From contig CAZDDW010000002.1 in NCBI GenBank assembly GCA_964504365.1, positions 53,246 through 117,245 on the forward strand: a stretch of DNA of 64,000 bases, given 5' to 3'. This DNA is from an uncultured Gammaproteobacteria bacterium. GTDB lineage: Bacteria; Patescibacteriota; Patescibacteriia; UBA9934; CAZDDW01. The notes beneath the pieces are model-generated. The model worked only from the letters and a program-made list of their open reading frames with translations. It did no database searches and was not told where the DNA came from. Shown here one piece after another: positions 1 to 10,195 of this stretch. The position numbers and the translations under genes were made by a program. The number at the start of each line of letters is the position of its first letter. Position 1 is the first letter of the stretch.

Positions 1-918
1 ATGAAGCCTGAGGACATGGTTGAGGCTGCAAAGAAAATCGCAAAGAATTCGAAAGGGAAGATTCGCGTCATTGTTAAGAACCGGGAACAATTAGAAAAGA
101 TGAAAGCTGGTGCGTTTTTGTCTATTGCCCAGGGTGCGGATTCAGAACCGTATTTGGTGCATCTAAAATATCATCCTGAAGGAGCTAAGAAAAAGATTGC
201 TCTTGTTGGAAAAGCTATCACTTTTGATTCAGGTGGTCTTCAACCAAAGCCTGGAATGTCGATGTATGAAATGGGAACAATGAAGATTGATATGGCCGGT
301 GGCGCAGCAGTACTCGGCGTTTTCTCTGCATTGGCAGAACTCGATATTAAAGTTGCAGTTGATGGAATTTTTGCTGCCTGTGAAAACATGTCTTCTAGTA
401 ACGCAATCAAGCCCGGAGACGTAGTCGCAGCCATGAACGGCAAGACGATTGAGATCGTTCACACAGACGCTGAAGGTCGGGTTACTCTAGCGGACAGCCT
501 AAGTTACGCTGCTCGACAAAAACCGGATGCAATAATCGATATGGCTACGCTAACCGGGGCAGTTCTTGTTGCTCTTGGTCAAGAGATCACCGGAGTTTTT
601 GGTAACAATGAAAAGATACTCGACAAAGTCTTCGAAGGAGCCGATCTTAGTGGTGAAAAAATGTGGGAATTACCGCTGGAGCAGGGGTATAAGAAGAAAA
701 TAAAATCCAAGGTCGCGGACATTAAGAATCTAGATAACAAATACGGAGAAGCAATTAATGCTGCCTTGTTCTTGGAAAACTTCGTTAACGATATACCGTG
801 GGTTCACATGGATATTGCCGGCCCAACCTTTGCTGAAAAACCAATGAGTGCCTACAACAAGTACGGGGCCACTGGAGTTGGGGTGCGGACCATGCTAGAA
901 TTGATAAGAAAATACTAA
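1..918 (+). CDS. pepA: Leucyl aminopeptidase (M17), 5'-truncated by window edge
   Basis: GKAITFDSGG, MKIDMAG and HTDAEGRVTLAD metal-binding motifs. Confidence 0.95.
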   Translation: MKPEDMVEAAKKIAKNSKGKIRVIVKNREQLEKMKAGAFLSIAQGADSEPYLVHLKYHPEGAKKKIALVGKAITFDSGGLQPKPGMSMYEMGTMKIDMAGGAAVLGVFSALAELDIKVAVDGIFAACENMSSSNAIKPGDVVAAMNGKTIEIVHTDAEGRVTLADSLSYAARQKPDAIIDMATLTGAVLVALGQEITGVFGNNEKILDKVFEGADLSGEKMWELPLEQGYKKKIKSKVADIKNLDNKYGEAINAALFLENFVNDIPWVHMDIAGPTFAEKPMSAYNKYGATGVGVRTMLELIRKY

Positions 919-919
919 G

Positions 920-1813
920 ATGAGGAAATACTTCCCGTACATATTGCTAATCGTCTTGCTTGGTGCAATTACTTATCATGAGTACCAAATACGGCGTGTT
1001 CCACCAACGCTCGAGCCAGAACCAGCTCGAGCTGGTGTTTCGTATTTGTTAGCTGAGCCAATTGTTGAAGAAGAGGCGAGTTATTTGGTTGACCGATTTG
1101 AATTGGTTTCTGGTGGGACCAACCGTGATTCAATTCCAGCCCTGATGAATCCTGATTATGAATCTGTTTACGCAGCGGATACACATCTCAGTGATGAGGG
1201 TGAGGGAATTTTTGTTGAGGTATCTGGCCAACCGTATTTTTATCCATTCGTGATCATGTCTTGGCATGAGATTGTTAATGACACTCTTGCAGGTAAACCG
1301 TTGTCGATTTCTTATTGTCCGATGTGCCGATCTTCTGTGGTTTATGAACGCACTTTTGAAGACCAGATTCTGGACTTTGGAACAACCGGATTGCTCTTAA
1401 ATAACAACTTAGTTATGTACGATCGGCAAAGTGAATCTCTTTGGCCACAGCTTTTGGGGACTGCTGTTGCTGGAGACATGATCGGACAAGAGCTAGTACA
1501 GTATCCAGCGCACCATATGACGTTTGGCGAGTTCAAAGACCAGTATTCATATGGACTAGTATTAAGTCGAAACACTGGTTACGAGCGAGATTACACCCAG
1601 GATACGTACTGGCAATATCATGAGACTGATGAGATCAAATTTATAGTTAGTAATTTTGATGGGCGCTTGATGGCAAAGCAGTTGATTTATGGTGTGCATA
1701 ATGGCACAGAATCAGCCATTGCTTACGAAAGTGAAACTGAGAATTCGATTCCGTCGTACTGGTTCTGCTGGGCCAATGCATATCCAGGGACCGAACTTGA
1801 AAGTGATTTATGA
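920..1813 (+). CDS. DUF3179-family membrane-anchored protein
   Basis: N-terminal TM helix; DSIPAL, WHEIVND, SYCPMC, LVMYDRQSESLWPQ motifs. Confidence 0.8.
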   Translation: MRKYFPYILLIVLLGAITYHEYQIRRVPPTLEPEPARAGVSYLLAEPIVEEEASYLVDRFELVSGGTNRDSIPALMNPDYESVYAADTHLSDEGEGIFVEVSGQPYFYPFVIMSWHEIVNDTLAGKPLSISYCPMCRSSVVYERTFEDQILDFGTTGLLLNNNLVMYDRQSESLWPQLLGTAVAGDMIGQELVQYPAHHMTFGEFKDQYSYGLVLSRNTGYERDYTQDTYWQYHETDEIKFIVSNFDGRLMAKQLIYGVHNGTESAIAYESETENSIPSYWFCWANAYPGTELESDL

Positions 1814-2976
1814 AATACACCCACATATTAATCCACTACGCTGAAATTGGTTTGAAAGGAAAGAACCGAGCACTTTTTGAACAGAAGTTAGTTCGTAATA
1901 TTAAGACAGCGCTGGAAGGCTGCGATATCAAAGGAGTTCGACGTACATTTGGTCGTATCATGGTTGAGTTAGATGAAACCAGAAAACTAGACAATAAGAT
2001 AACCAGACAACTTGAACGTGTTTTTGGAATTGCTTCGTTTTCACCAGTTGTTAGTGTAAAAAATGATTTTGATAAGATTCAAGAAACCGCTCTAGAATTA
2101 GCTCAAGCAAGCAAGGACTGGAAAACATTCAAAGTCGCCACTAAACGCAGTCAGAAGCTGTTTCCTGCGACCTCAATGGAGGTTAGTCGTGATGTTGGGG
2201 CTTATATCTTGGAAAACATGCCTGACAAGAAGGTTGATATTAAAAATCCAGACTTGATGGTTAGGATCGAGATCACTGAGAAAAAGACCCATGTGTTCAC
2301 AGACAAGATTCCTGGTGGAGGTGGTTTGCCTGTTGGATCTAGCGGGACTGTTGTTTCTTTGTTGTCTGGTGGGATTGACTCACCAGTTGCTTCTTGGCAG
2401 TTAATGAAGCGCGGTTGTCAGGTAATCTTTGTGCATTTTCATTCTGCGCCACAGACCAAAAAAGCAGCTATTGATAAAGTTGAGGAGCTAGCAAGCATAT
2501 TGTCTAAGTGGCAGATCAAAACAAAAGTGCACATGGTTCCGTTTTTGGATATTCAAAAAGAGATTGTAAAAGAGTGTCGTGGCGAGTATCGAGTAGTGTT
2601 GTATCGACGATTCATGGTTAAGATCGCTGAGCGGATTGCAAGAAAAGAGCGGGCCGGTGCTTTGATTACTGGTGAGTCTGTGGGGCAGGTTGCTTCACAA
2701 ACCATAGAGAATATCGCAGCAATTAATGATGCCATTACCATTCCAGTGTTACGACCATTGATCGGTGATGATAAAAATGAAATTATTGAAAAGGCAAAAC
2801 GAATCGACACTTATGAGACATCAATCATTCCACACGATGATTGTTGCTCATTGTTTGTGCCACGTCATCCAGTTACGAAAGCGAACATCGCCGTTGCTCG
2901 ATCCGAAGAAGGGAAGTTGGATGTAATAAAATTGATCGAGGAAGCGATTAATAAAACTGAAGTAATAGATTTATGA
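1810..2976 (+). CDS. thiI: tRNA 4-thiouridine synthase ThiI
   Basis: EIGLKGKNR, THUMP domain, LSGGIDSPVA PP-loop, GQVASQT, DCC. Confidence 0.95.
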   Translation: MKYTHILIHYAEIGLKGKNRALFEQKLVRNIKTALEGCDIKGVRRTFGRIMVELDETRKLDNKITRQLERVFGIASFSPVVSVKNDFDKIQETALELAQASKDWKTFKVATKRSQKLFPATSMEVSRDVGAYILENMPDKKVDIKNPDLMVRIEITEKKTHVFTDKIPGGGGLPVGSSGTVVSLLSGGIDSPVASWQLMKRGCQVIFVHFHSAPQTKKAAIDKVEELASILSKWQIKTKVHMVPFLDIQKEIVKECRGEYRVVLYRRFMVKIAERIARKERAGALITGESVGQVASQTIENIAAINDAITIPVLRPLIGDDKNEIIEKAKRIDTYETSIIPHDDCCSLFVPRHPVTKANIAVARSEEGKLDVIKLIEEAINKTEVIDL

Positions 2977-3647
2977 AACTATACATAGTCGCTACACCGA
3001 TTGGTAATTTAAGTGATGTATCTGAGCGCGTGCTTGAAACATTGCGTTCGGTTGACCTGATTCTTTGTGAAGATACACGTGTAACTGCGAAATTGTTAGC
3101 GAAGTTTGGAATCCAGAAACCTTTGCAAAGTTACCACCAACATTCAGATCAGAAAAAAGTGAATAAAATTCTGGATGAACTCAAGGAAGACAAAGACATT
3201 ACTCTGGTAACGGACGCTGGTACACCTGGCATATCTGATCCTGGCGGCATGCTTGTTGCCGAGGCGTTACATCGTTTTGAAGATCAGATCGAGATCATCC
3301 CGATTCCCGGACCGTCTGCAATCACTTCTGCATTATCGATCTCAGGATTCCCAGCTGATGAATTTTTATTCCTTGGGTTCCCGCCGCATAAGAAAGGGCG
3401 CAAAAAGTTTTTCGATCGTTTGTTCGACATTAAATCAACAATGGTTATCTTTGAATCAACCCACCGCATTGAAAAAACACTTAGCGAAATCGCAGAACGA
3501 ATTGAAAACCGTCCGATTGTGCTTTGTCGTGAACTAACTAAACTACACGAAACCATTTATCGCGGTACTGCGGCCAGTGTGACAGACAAGCTTAAAACTG
3601 GTAGTATTAAAGGCGAATTTGTAATCGTAATTGGTCCAACAAAATAA
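2973..3647 (+). CDS. rsmI: 16S rRNA C1402 2'-O-methyltransferase RsmI
   Basis: LYIVATPIGNL, CEDTR, DAGTPGISDPG, RELTKLHE. Confidence 0.95.
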   Translation: MKLYIVATPIGNLSDVSERVLETLRSVDLILCEDTRVTAKLLAKFGIQKPLQSYHQHSDQKKVNKILDELKEDKDITLVTDAGTPGISDPGGMLVAEALHRFEDQIEIIPIPGPSAITSALSISGFPADEFLFLGFPPHKKGRKKFFDRLFDIKSTMVIFESTHRIEKTLSEIAERIENRPIVLCRELTKLHETIYRGTAASVTDKLKTGSIKGEFVIVIGPTK

Positions 3648-3648
3648 T

Positions 3649-5148
3649 ATGGCAAAGTTCTACGTAACAACACCGATTTACTATGTTAACGACAAGCCGC
3701 ATATTGGCCACACGTATTCAACCGTGGCTGCGGATATTTTAGCTCGTTATAATCGAATGTTGGGCAAAGAGGTCATGTTTTTGACTGGGACTGATGAGAA
3801 CTCGCAAAAAGGAGTAGATGCGGCTGAGGCGCTTGGGAAAGATACAAAAGAATATATCGACGAGATGGCATCGCGCTGGCAGTCTACTTTTGATTCGCTT
3901 GGGTTTACTAATGATGACTTTATTCGCACCACAGAGGATCGACACGCGGCTGCTGCAACCAAGTTTTTCAAAAAGGTTTACGATAACGGTGATATTTACG
4001 AAGGTGAGTATAAGGGCTTGTACTGTGTTGGGTGTGAAGCGTTTTTAACTGAGGGCGATCTGGTTGATGGAAAGTGTCAGAATCACAAGAAAGCACCAGA
4101 ACAAATTAGTGAAAAAAATTATTTCTTTAAATTAACAAAGTATCGTGATGCTTTGCTTGAACACATTGAAAAAAATCCTGAATTCATAATGCCAGAATCA
4201 CGTCGCAATGAAGTAATTAGTTACATCGAAAAGTTCATGGACGATATTTCGATTTCACGATCAAGTATGAAATGGGGAATTCCTGTGCCAGTTGATGAGT
4301 CACAGCGAATTTATGTTTGGTTTGATGCGTTGATTAATTACATTAGCGCAATCGGTTACACTGAAGAAACTGAGCAATTTAAGAAATTTTGGCCAGCAGA
4401 TGTTCAAATCGTTGGAAAAGATATTATTAAGTTCCACTGTGCCTTGTGGCCCGCTATGTTAATGGCCGCAGATCTACCACTTCCAAAAACAGTATTTGCA
4501 CACGGATTCTTTACTATCAATGGTGAAAAAATTAGCAAGTCACTAGGTAACGCAGTTGATCCAGTTGAGATGACTGAAAAGTATGGGATCGATCCAGTGC
4601 GTTATTTCCTAATGAAAGAAATTCATTTTGGTGAGGATGGTGATTTTTCTGTAAAACGTTTGGAAGAACGGTACAACGGTGAATTGGCTAATGACCTTGG
4701 AAACTTATTGAGTCGTGTCTGTGCCATGACTGAAAAATATTTTGACGGCAAGGTTCCAGACAAGGCTGACGGGTTCCTGGCCAGTGCTTGGCCAAGTTAT
4801 CAAGAGGCAATGAATACACTGCGTTTTCACGATGCGCTTGAAGTTACTTGGTCTGTTATTCGCCAAGCAAACCAGTTTGTTGAACAACAAAAACCATGGG
4901 AACTAGCTAAGCTTGATGACAAAAAAACACTTAGTGATACTTTGTATGTACTGCTTGAGACGCTTCGGCACATTGCCTGGATGATTTATCCATTCATGCC
5001 TGAAACCGCAGAGAAGATGTTTGCACAACTCGGCTTAGAAGCGCCAAAAGAATTTTCACAATCATTTGAATCTGCCTGGGTTTGGGGTGAACTTGAGCCA
5101 GGTGGTAAAATAGAAAAAGGAGAAGCATTATTCCCTAAAATAGAATAA
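3649..5148 (+). CDS. metG: Methionine--tRNA ligase
   Basis: TTPIYYVNDKPHIGH, YVWFDAL, KISKS; start moved to ATG 3649. Confidence 0.96.
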   Translation: MAKFYVTTPIYYVNDKPHIGHTYSTVAADILARYNRMLGKEVMFLTGTDENSQKGVDAAEALGKDTKEYIDEMASRWQSTFDSLGFTNDDFIRTTEDRHAAAATKFFKKVYDNGDIYEGEYKGLYCVGCEAFLTEGDLVDGKCQNHKKAPEQISEKNYFFKLTKYRDALLEHIEKNPEFIMPESRRNEVISYIEKFMDDISISRSSMKWGIPVPVDESQRIYVWFDALINYISAIGYTEETEQFKKFWPADVQIVGKDIIKFHCALWPAMLMAADLPLPKTVFAHGFFTINGEKISKSLGNAVDPVEMTEKYGIDPVRYFLMKEIHFGEDGDFSVKRLEERYNGELANDLGNLLSRVCAMTEKYFDGKVPDKADGFLASAWPSYQEAMNTLRFHDALEVTWSVIRQANQFVEQQKPWELAKLDDKKTLSDTLYVLLETLRHIAWMIYPFMPETAEKMFAQLGLEAPKEFSQSFESAWVWGELEPGGKIEKGEALFPKIE

Positions 5149-5149
5149 T

Positions 5150-5716
5150 ATGGAGGTAGCATTAGTTGACCTTATCTTGGTCATAATTATTGGCGGTTTT
5201 GTGTTTTATGGTGCGTTTTTCGGGTTTATCCACAGCCTAGGAAGTTTGATTGGTGCCATTATTGCCGCGATTATTACGAGTCGAATAATTGATACGGTTT
5301 TTGACTGGATTGGTTTTATTTTCGGCGGCGGACATTGGGGTCGGATTATTCTGTTTGTTATAATTTTCTTGATAATAACCAAAGTTGTTGGGATGCTATT
5401 TGCAATCGTTGATAAAATCTGGTCGGTTGTGCCATTTGGAAAATCATTAAATCGATTATTAGGACTGGTGTTTGGTTTTATCGAAGGTGTGATCGTGATC
5501 GGAATAGTTTTGTTCTATGCCATGCAATACCTACCAGAAGAAGGCGTGCGCTCAGTACTTGAAATGTCAGCAGTTGCAGATTATTTACTAATGGTTGCTG
5601 GTGTTGTTTCGATCTTGATGCCAGTTGCAATAGAACAAGCAACAGAAGCGGTTCAGAATATTGATGTGGATGTTCCTGACATTGATATTGATGTCCAGAT
5701 CACGCCGACTGAGTAG
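5150..5716 (+). CDS. CvpA-family membrane protein
   Basis: Multi-TM; G..FGFI N-terminal motif and LNRLLGLVFGFIEG. Confidence 0.75.
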   Translation: MEVALVDLILVIIIGGFVFYGAFFGFIHSLGSLIGAIIAAIITSRIIDTVFDWIGFIFGGGHWGRIILFVIIFLIITKVVGMLFAIVDKIWSVVPFGKSLNRLLGLVFGFIEGVIVIGIVLFYAMQYLPEEGVRSVLEMSAVADYLLMVAGVVSILMPVAIEQATEAVQNIDVDVPDIDIDVQITPTE

Positions 5717-5718
5717 CT

Positions 5719-6600
5719 ATGAAATTGATTGATACACACTGTCACGTTCACTTTAACGCATACAAAAAAGATTCAGATGAAGTCATCCGGCGTTCTTTGG
5801 ACGCCGGAATTTTGATGATAACTGTTGGCACACAAACAGATACCTCCCGCAAGGCTATTGAAGTGGCAAATAAATACGATGGTGTTTGGGCGACTGTTGG
5901 TTTGCACCCGAATCATTTGTGTGAGCAAGAGTTTATGGATCCAAACGAGATCGAAGAGATTTCTACAGTGAAGACGCGGTGTGAAAAGTTTAACCCTGAG
6001 GATTATCGGGAAATGGCCAAGGATCCAAAGGTTGTTGCCATTGGCGAGTTTGGTCTTGATTATTTTCACTTACCTGAACAACTGGACCGTGATCAGTTGA
6101 TAGCAGATCAGAAAGAATCAATGTTAGCAGAACTTGATTTCGCGGATGAGCTTGATTTGCCAGTGATCATTCACAGCCGTGATTCACACGATGACCAAAT
6201 TGCATTGTTAAAGGATTATATTGGAAAAGGGAAGTTGGCTCGCCGAGGTGTGGTTCATTGTTATACTGGAACACTAGAACAAGCTGAGAAATATTTCGAG
6301 CTAGGTTTTCTGATCTCGTTCACAGGTATCATTACCTTTCCGCCACGACGAAGTGAGATTAGTGCTGGGGTCGAACTGACTGAGATTCAAGAGGTTGTAA
6401 AAAAAGTTCCGCTTGATAAAATCATGGTTGAAACAGATGCACCATATTTATCACCAGTACCGCAACGTGGTAAACGGAACGAACCAGCTTACGTTCAACA
6501 TGTTGCAGAAAAGATTGCTGAGTTAAAGGGCATGTCATTGGAAGAGGTGATTGAAACAACTGGTAACAATGCGCAAAAACTTTTTAATATCAAATTTTGA
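5719..6600 (+). CDS. tatD: TatD-family nuclease
   Basis: IDTHCH, GLHP, IGEFGLDY, IHSR, ETDAPYL. Confidence 0.93.
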   Translation: MKLIDTHCHVHFNAYKKDSDEVIRRSLDAGILMITVGTQTDTSRKAIEVANKYDGVWATVGLHPNHLCEQEFMDPNEIEEISTVKTRCEKFNPEDYREMAKDPKVVAIGEFGLDYFHLPEQLDRDQLIADQKESMLAELDFADELDLPVIIHSRDSHDDQIALLKDYIGKGKLARRGVVHCYTGTLEQAEKYFELGFLISFTGIITFPPRRSEISAGVELTEIQEVVKKVPLDKIMVETDAPYLSPVPQRGKRNEPAYVQHVAEKIAELKGMSLEEVIETTGNNAQKLFNIKF

Positions 6601-6638
6601 TTTCTGACATTTGTCCTGATCAGGACAAATGTCAGAAA
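6601..6638. repeat. Perfect 38-bp loopless palindrome
   Basis: tttctgacatttgtcctga|tcaggacaaatgtcagaaa, directly after the tatD stop. Confidence 0.95.
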
Positions 6639-6644
6639 ATAAAG

Positions 6645-6670
6645 AAGACGCTCGAGTGAGCGTCTTTGTT
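6645..6670. terminator. Intrinsic terminator hairpin between convergent genes
   Basis: aagacgctc-gagt-gagcgtctt followed by tgtt. Confidence 0.65.
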
Positions 6671-6762
6671 ATCTAGCAAGTCCGAGTACCTGATGCGCGC
6701 CAGCAAAAGTAAAAGACGCCACCCGCGGGGGTGACGTCGATGAGAAACGTGAAGGAACTGGT

Positions 6763-8517
6763 CTAGGCTTGGTCTGCCGGCTGTTCCGAACTGGCCTCGG
6801 CTTCCTTCTCGGCCGCAGGTGCCGGTTCGGAAGGCTTGGCCTCGGTCTCGGCACCACTGGAGTCCGGTGCTTCGGCCGCAGGCTTACGAGGCCTACGGGG
6901 CCGACGCCGACTTCGCTTGCGCGGTGCCGGCTCCTCGGAACCTTCCTCAGCCGCTGACTCGGCTTCGGCTTCGGCCCTGGCTTCCTGGATCCGATCGACC
7001 AGTTGGTCGACCTGTTCCGAATCCACCAGACACCTGGCCGCCTTGATCAAGACGGTCGCCCGGAAACCCATGATTCCGGGATGAACACGCCCAGCCCAAC
7101 CACCACGACGCACGGCCTTGTAGCCGGTGTCATGTCCGCGGTCGAGCTGATCGAAGCTCACACCGAGCATGAGCTCGAGCTTGGCCAGGATCGTATCGGC
7201 ATCGGCATCGTCCTCGAGACCCAGAACCGTCAAGGCCTGGTATCTCTCGGGAACGCCGCTACCACGAACACTGAAGAGGAATTCCCCCTTGCCAAGAGCC
7301 AGCTTGATCGCGATTGCCCGTGCTTCACGCAAGAGCGCCTTGCGCACCTTGCGTCCGTCGGACGAGCTCGGATCACCAGACCACCTTGCGCTGCGCATGG
7401 CCTGGAAAGCCACATCTGAGGCATGGTCTGCCTGAAGCTGCTCGGACTTGATGACCAGAGCCGCATCGAACAGATCAGCCACCTCACCCTTGCCAGCACT
7501 CATGGTCTTGCCGACCAGAGCCATGACGTAGATCTTCACACGACCGCCGTCAGGCTGGGGAATCCAAACCTGGTTGTTGTACTTGGTCAGACCTGTCATG
7601 ACCAGCTCACGCCGGGCATCCTCGATGACCTGCAAACGCTCTTTGCGCCCCTGGTCAGAACTCGGATCACCCGGGAAGCCAGCATTGATCATGACCTGGA
7701 AGACCGGATCGTCAGCGCCTGGATCTCGAACATCGCTCAAGGCCTTGGCCCGCGCATCGACTGCGTTCGAACTGGTCTTGTCCGATTCGGAATCGAGTCC
7801 GAACATTTCCCAGCAGCTCATGAACGTACCAGTGCGTGCCACGATCGATCCCGGGGGACAGATCAGGGCTTCGGCCTTGGACTCATCGATCTTGACCGTG
7901 CCATCGTTGAACTCGCCGGCATCGACCATCTGCGCAGTTGCCCGCGCAGTGGCGTGGATCAAGCCAGGGTGCATCACCTTGAACATGATCGGAACCTGGG
8001 AACGATCCTTGACCGCACCGGCCTCGATCTCGTCGTCGTAGTACGGGGCCTCGTTCTGAGGACCGCGCCAGAGAACCTCTGCACCACGGAAATCACCGAT
8101 CCAACGCTGACCCTTCTTGGTGAAAGCGACGTAAAGGAAGTTGCGGTCAACAACCTCACCATCCAGCGCACCCTCTTCGCCGAGCCAGGTATGCTCGAAC
8201 ATCGGCCACGCCAGACTGGTGTTCCCGCGCATCGCAGACGGCTTCACAGCCACGCAGATGATCGGCGCACCCAAGCGCACCAACAGCCTGGTCGGATCCG
8301 GAATGACCACCTCGAATGTCTGGCCGCCTTCCACAGGCGTGAACTGACCAAGCACTCTTCCGCGATACAATCCATCTTCTCCCGTGGTACCAGGACCGTC
8401 GCTGCCAAAGAAGACCTGACCGTAGGAAAGATCACTCTGCCGGAAACGGTGTCCCAGCGGATGAAAAACCTCTCTGTTGATCCTGATCATCTCTTGTCTG
8501 TACATTTCGTCACTCAT
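6763..8517 (-). CDS. GC-rich orphan protein with three degenerate J-domain-like repeats and an Arg-rich/acidic tail
   Basis: 584-aa ORF, SD ggagg, own promoter; internal repeats (GDPSSxxGRK twice; ALTVLGLEDDADADTILAK). Confidence 0.75.
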   Translation of the reverse strand: MSDEMYRQEMIRINREVFHPLGHRFRQSDLSYGQVFFGSDGPGTTGEDGLYRGRVLGQFTPVEGGQTFEVVIPDPTRLLVRLGAPIICVAVKPSAMRGNTSLAWPMFEHTWLGEEGALDGEVVDRNFLYVAFTKKGQRWIGDFRGAEVLWRGPQNEAPYYDDEIEAGAVKDRSQVPIMFKVMHPGLIHATARATAQMVDAGEFNDGTVKIDESKAEALICPPGSIVARTGTFMSCWEMFGLDSESDKTSSNAVDARAKALSDVRDPGADDPVFQVMINAGFPGDPSSDQGRKERLQVIEDARRELVMTGLTKYNNQVWIPQPDGGRVKIYVMALVGKTMSAGKGEVADLFDAALVIKSEQLQADHASDVAFQAMRSARWSGDPSSSDGRKVRKALLREARAIAIKLALGKGEFLFSVRGSGVPERYQALTVLGLEDDADADTILAKLELMLGVSFDQLDRGHDTGYKAVRRGGWAGRVHPGIMGFRATVLIKAARCLVDSEQVDQLVDRIQEARAEAEAESAAEEGSEEPAPRKRSRRRPRRPRKPAAEAPDSSGAETEAKPSEPAPAAEKEAEASSEQPADQA

Positions 8518-8600
8518 TGTTCGCCTCCATCTGCCTCTTGGGCAGTATTCGTGTTGTTCTGGTTAAAATGACCGTTGTCGTCCTTTTTATTAGACTGATC

Positions 8601-8680
8601 AGACTACCATAGTTTTTTGCCTTTGTCAAGCCTAAATAGCCTAATTAAGGCTTGACAGAACTGGTATTTTGTGTTAACTT
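8601..8680. promoter_or_regulatory. Back-to-back sigma70 promoters
   Basis: Minus: TTGACA-17-TAGTCT; plus: TTGACA(8652)-17-TAACTT; -35 boxes lie in a 10-bp inverted repeat tgtcaagcct/aggcttgaca. Confidence 0.75.
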
Positions 8681-8722
8681 AGGTTGTTATTAGCTCATTC
8701 ACACACTTACGGAGGACAGTAA

Positions 8723-9739
8723 ATGGTCCCTGCAGACGAACGAGAAACGATCGATGACGAGACTCAGATGGATATCAGGGTCGTAGAAGCGAGTATCAGC
8801 CCCTGGGTTGATGATCTACGAACCAATTTCCCTTACTGGCCGGATGAGGATGACGGTGAACAGCCACCAACGTTCACCCAGGCCAGGGAAGAGGACGCCG
8901 CGGATGAACGCTTCCGAGAGCTTTGCGATGATTCTGGTCTAGCTGCTGATCTGATCATCATCGTTCTGGAAGGGATCGATACGGACCTGGAAACCGATCC
9001 TGTGCCGGAAGACCTGTTCCAGGAAGCTCGGAATCGGATCGAGGCAGAAGACGACAGCCTCACCGTTCAGCTGATTGACATTGCTCTGCGCTACCTCTTG
9101 TACACGGATTCGAACAACGAAGACGACAACAGAAAACACGCAGCAGCAATCAAGGATGCCTTGAGTCAGCCGGAAGCATCAAAGGAGGCGAATGAACCTG
9201 CGAAAACCGCAGCTGAGCCGAAGACTCCGGCCAAGCCCGGGGTTCCACCCAAGCCTTCGATGCCTGGAGAAGGTGGTGCAGAAGGTGGTAGGCCCGGAGC
9301 TTTGCGGAAGACTGATGGTACGCAAGAGCAGCCTCCTCCTCCCGAGAAGACTCCACCGGAGGCAACTACTCGAACTACTCAGCCGGCAGAACCGCCACCA
9401 CCGACGCCCCCAGATGGCTCGAGCGATGACGACCTCAAGGCAGAGCCACGCTACGTAGAGCTGCTTGCAGCTGCACAGCGAAACATCACCAAAGCAAGAG
9501 CTGGAGAAGCTCCGGCTCAGCTCTGGCTGGATGTGACTGTGTCAGACTTGCGTAAGGGAACAGGCGTTGGTTCACGAACCCACCCCAACCCGATTTACGC
9601 AAGACTGGCTGCTGATGGGACGACCATCCGAACAGGCTTCGATCACAGGGACAAGAACGCCCGTGCCAGAAGCCTTCTGGTCCGAGAAATCCAGGCTCTG
9701 GTCACTCAGGCCGGCCTGAAGATCAACCGCCTGCGTTAG
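8723..9739 (+). CDS. GC-rich orphan protein (acidic N-terminus, Pro-rich linker, basic C-terminal domain)
   Basis: 338-aa ORF with SD ggagg, promoter, and downstream hairpin at ~9751-9776. Confidence 0.75.
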   Translation: MVPADERETIDDETQMDIRVVEASISPWVDDLRTNFPYWPDEDDGEQPPTFTQAREEDAADERFRELCDDSGLAADLIIIVLEGIDTDLETDPVPEDLFQEARNRIEAEDDSLTVQLIDIALRYLLYTDSNNEDDNRKHAAAIKDALSQPEASKEANEPAKTAAEPKTPAKPGVPPKPSMPGEGGAEGGRPGALRKTDGTQEQPPPPEKTPPEATTRTTQPAEPPPPTPPDGSSDDDLKAEPRYVELLAAAQRNITKARAGEAPAQLWLDVTVSDLRKGTGVGSRTHPNPIYARLAADGTTIRTGFDHRDKNARARSLLVREIQALVTQAGLKINRLR

Positions 9740-9868
9740 CAGGAACTCATTGCCGCTCAGCTCAGCTGGGCGGCATCTTAATTTCCATAAATTTTATACC
9801 CTTGATCTTTTTACGCCTTTGTTATACACTACGGGCGAAATTTTTAGGCTAGTGAATACATTTACTCT

Positions 9869-10195
9869 ATGAGTGAGGACGCAACCATATCGCAGATCCA
9901 AGATGCAGAAAAAGCTGCTGCAGATCGGATCCTTGAAGCAGAAAAAAGTGCTCAACAAACTATAAATCAGCTTGAGGACGGATATCAAGACAAGTTGTCA
10001 CAAGTGAAAGAAAGTCTTGATTCAGAACGAGGGCAAGTTGTAGAAAAAATCCAAAAACAAGCTACAGCCTTTAAAGAGGAGATTTGTGAACAATCAAAAA
10101 AAGAGATGACTGCGATGAAGAAGGATTCTGAAGGCAGAATCAGTTCAGCTGCTGGATACGTAAAAGATCAGTTTCTAGAATATGTCCGTCAGTAA
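9869..10195 (+). CDS. V/A-type ATPase subunit H/G (peripheral stalk)
   Basis: Coiled coil IQDAEKAAADRILEAEK; first gene of the operon. Confidence 0.75.
   Translation: MSEDATISQIQDAEKAAADRILEAEKSAQQTINQLEDGYQDKLSQVKESLDSERGQVVEKIQKQATAFKEEICEQSKKEMTAMKKDSEGRISSAAGYVKDQFLEYVRQ

Noticed and set aside
7423-8571. 382-aa plus-strand ORF and other long antisense ORFs over GC-rich genes (e.g. 18422-19036, 22100-22528)
   Set aside because: Shadows of codon-biased genes on the opposite strand, which have the SD, promoter and terminator
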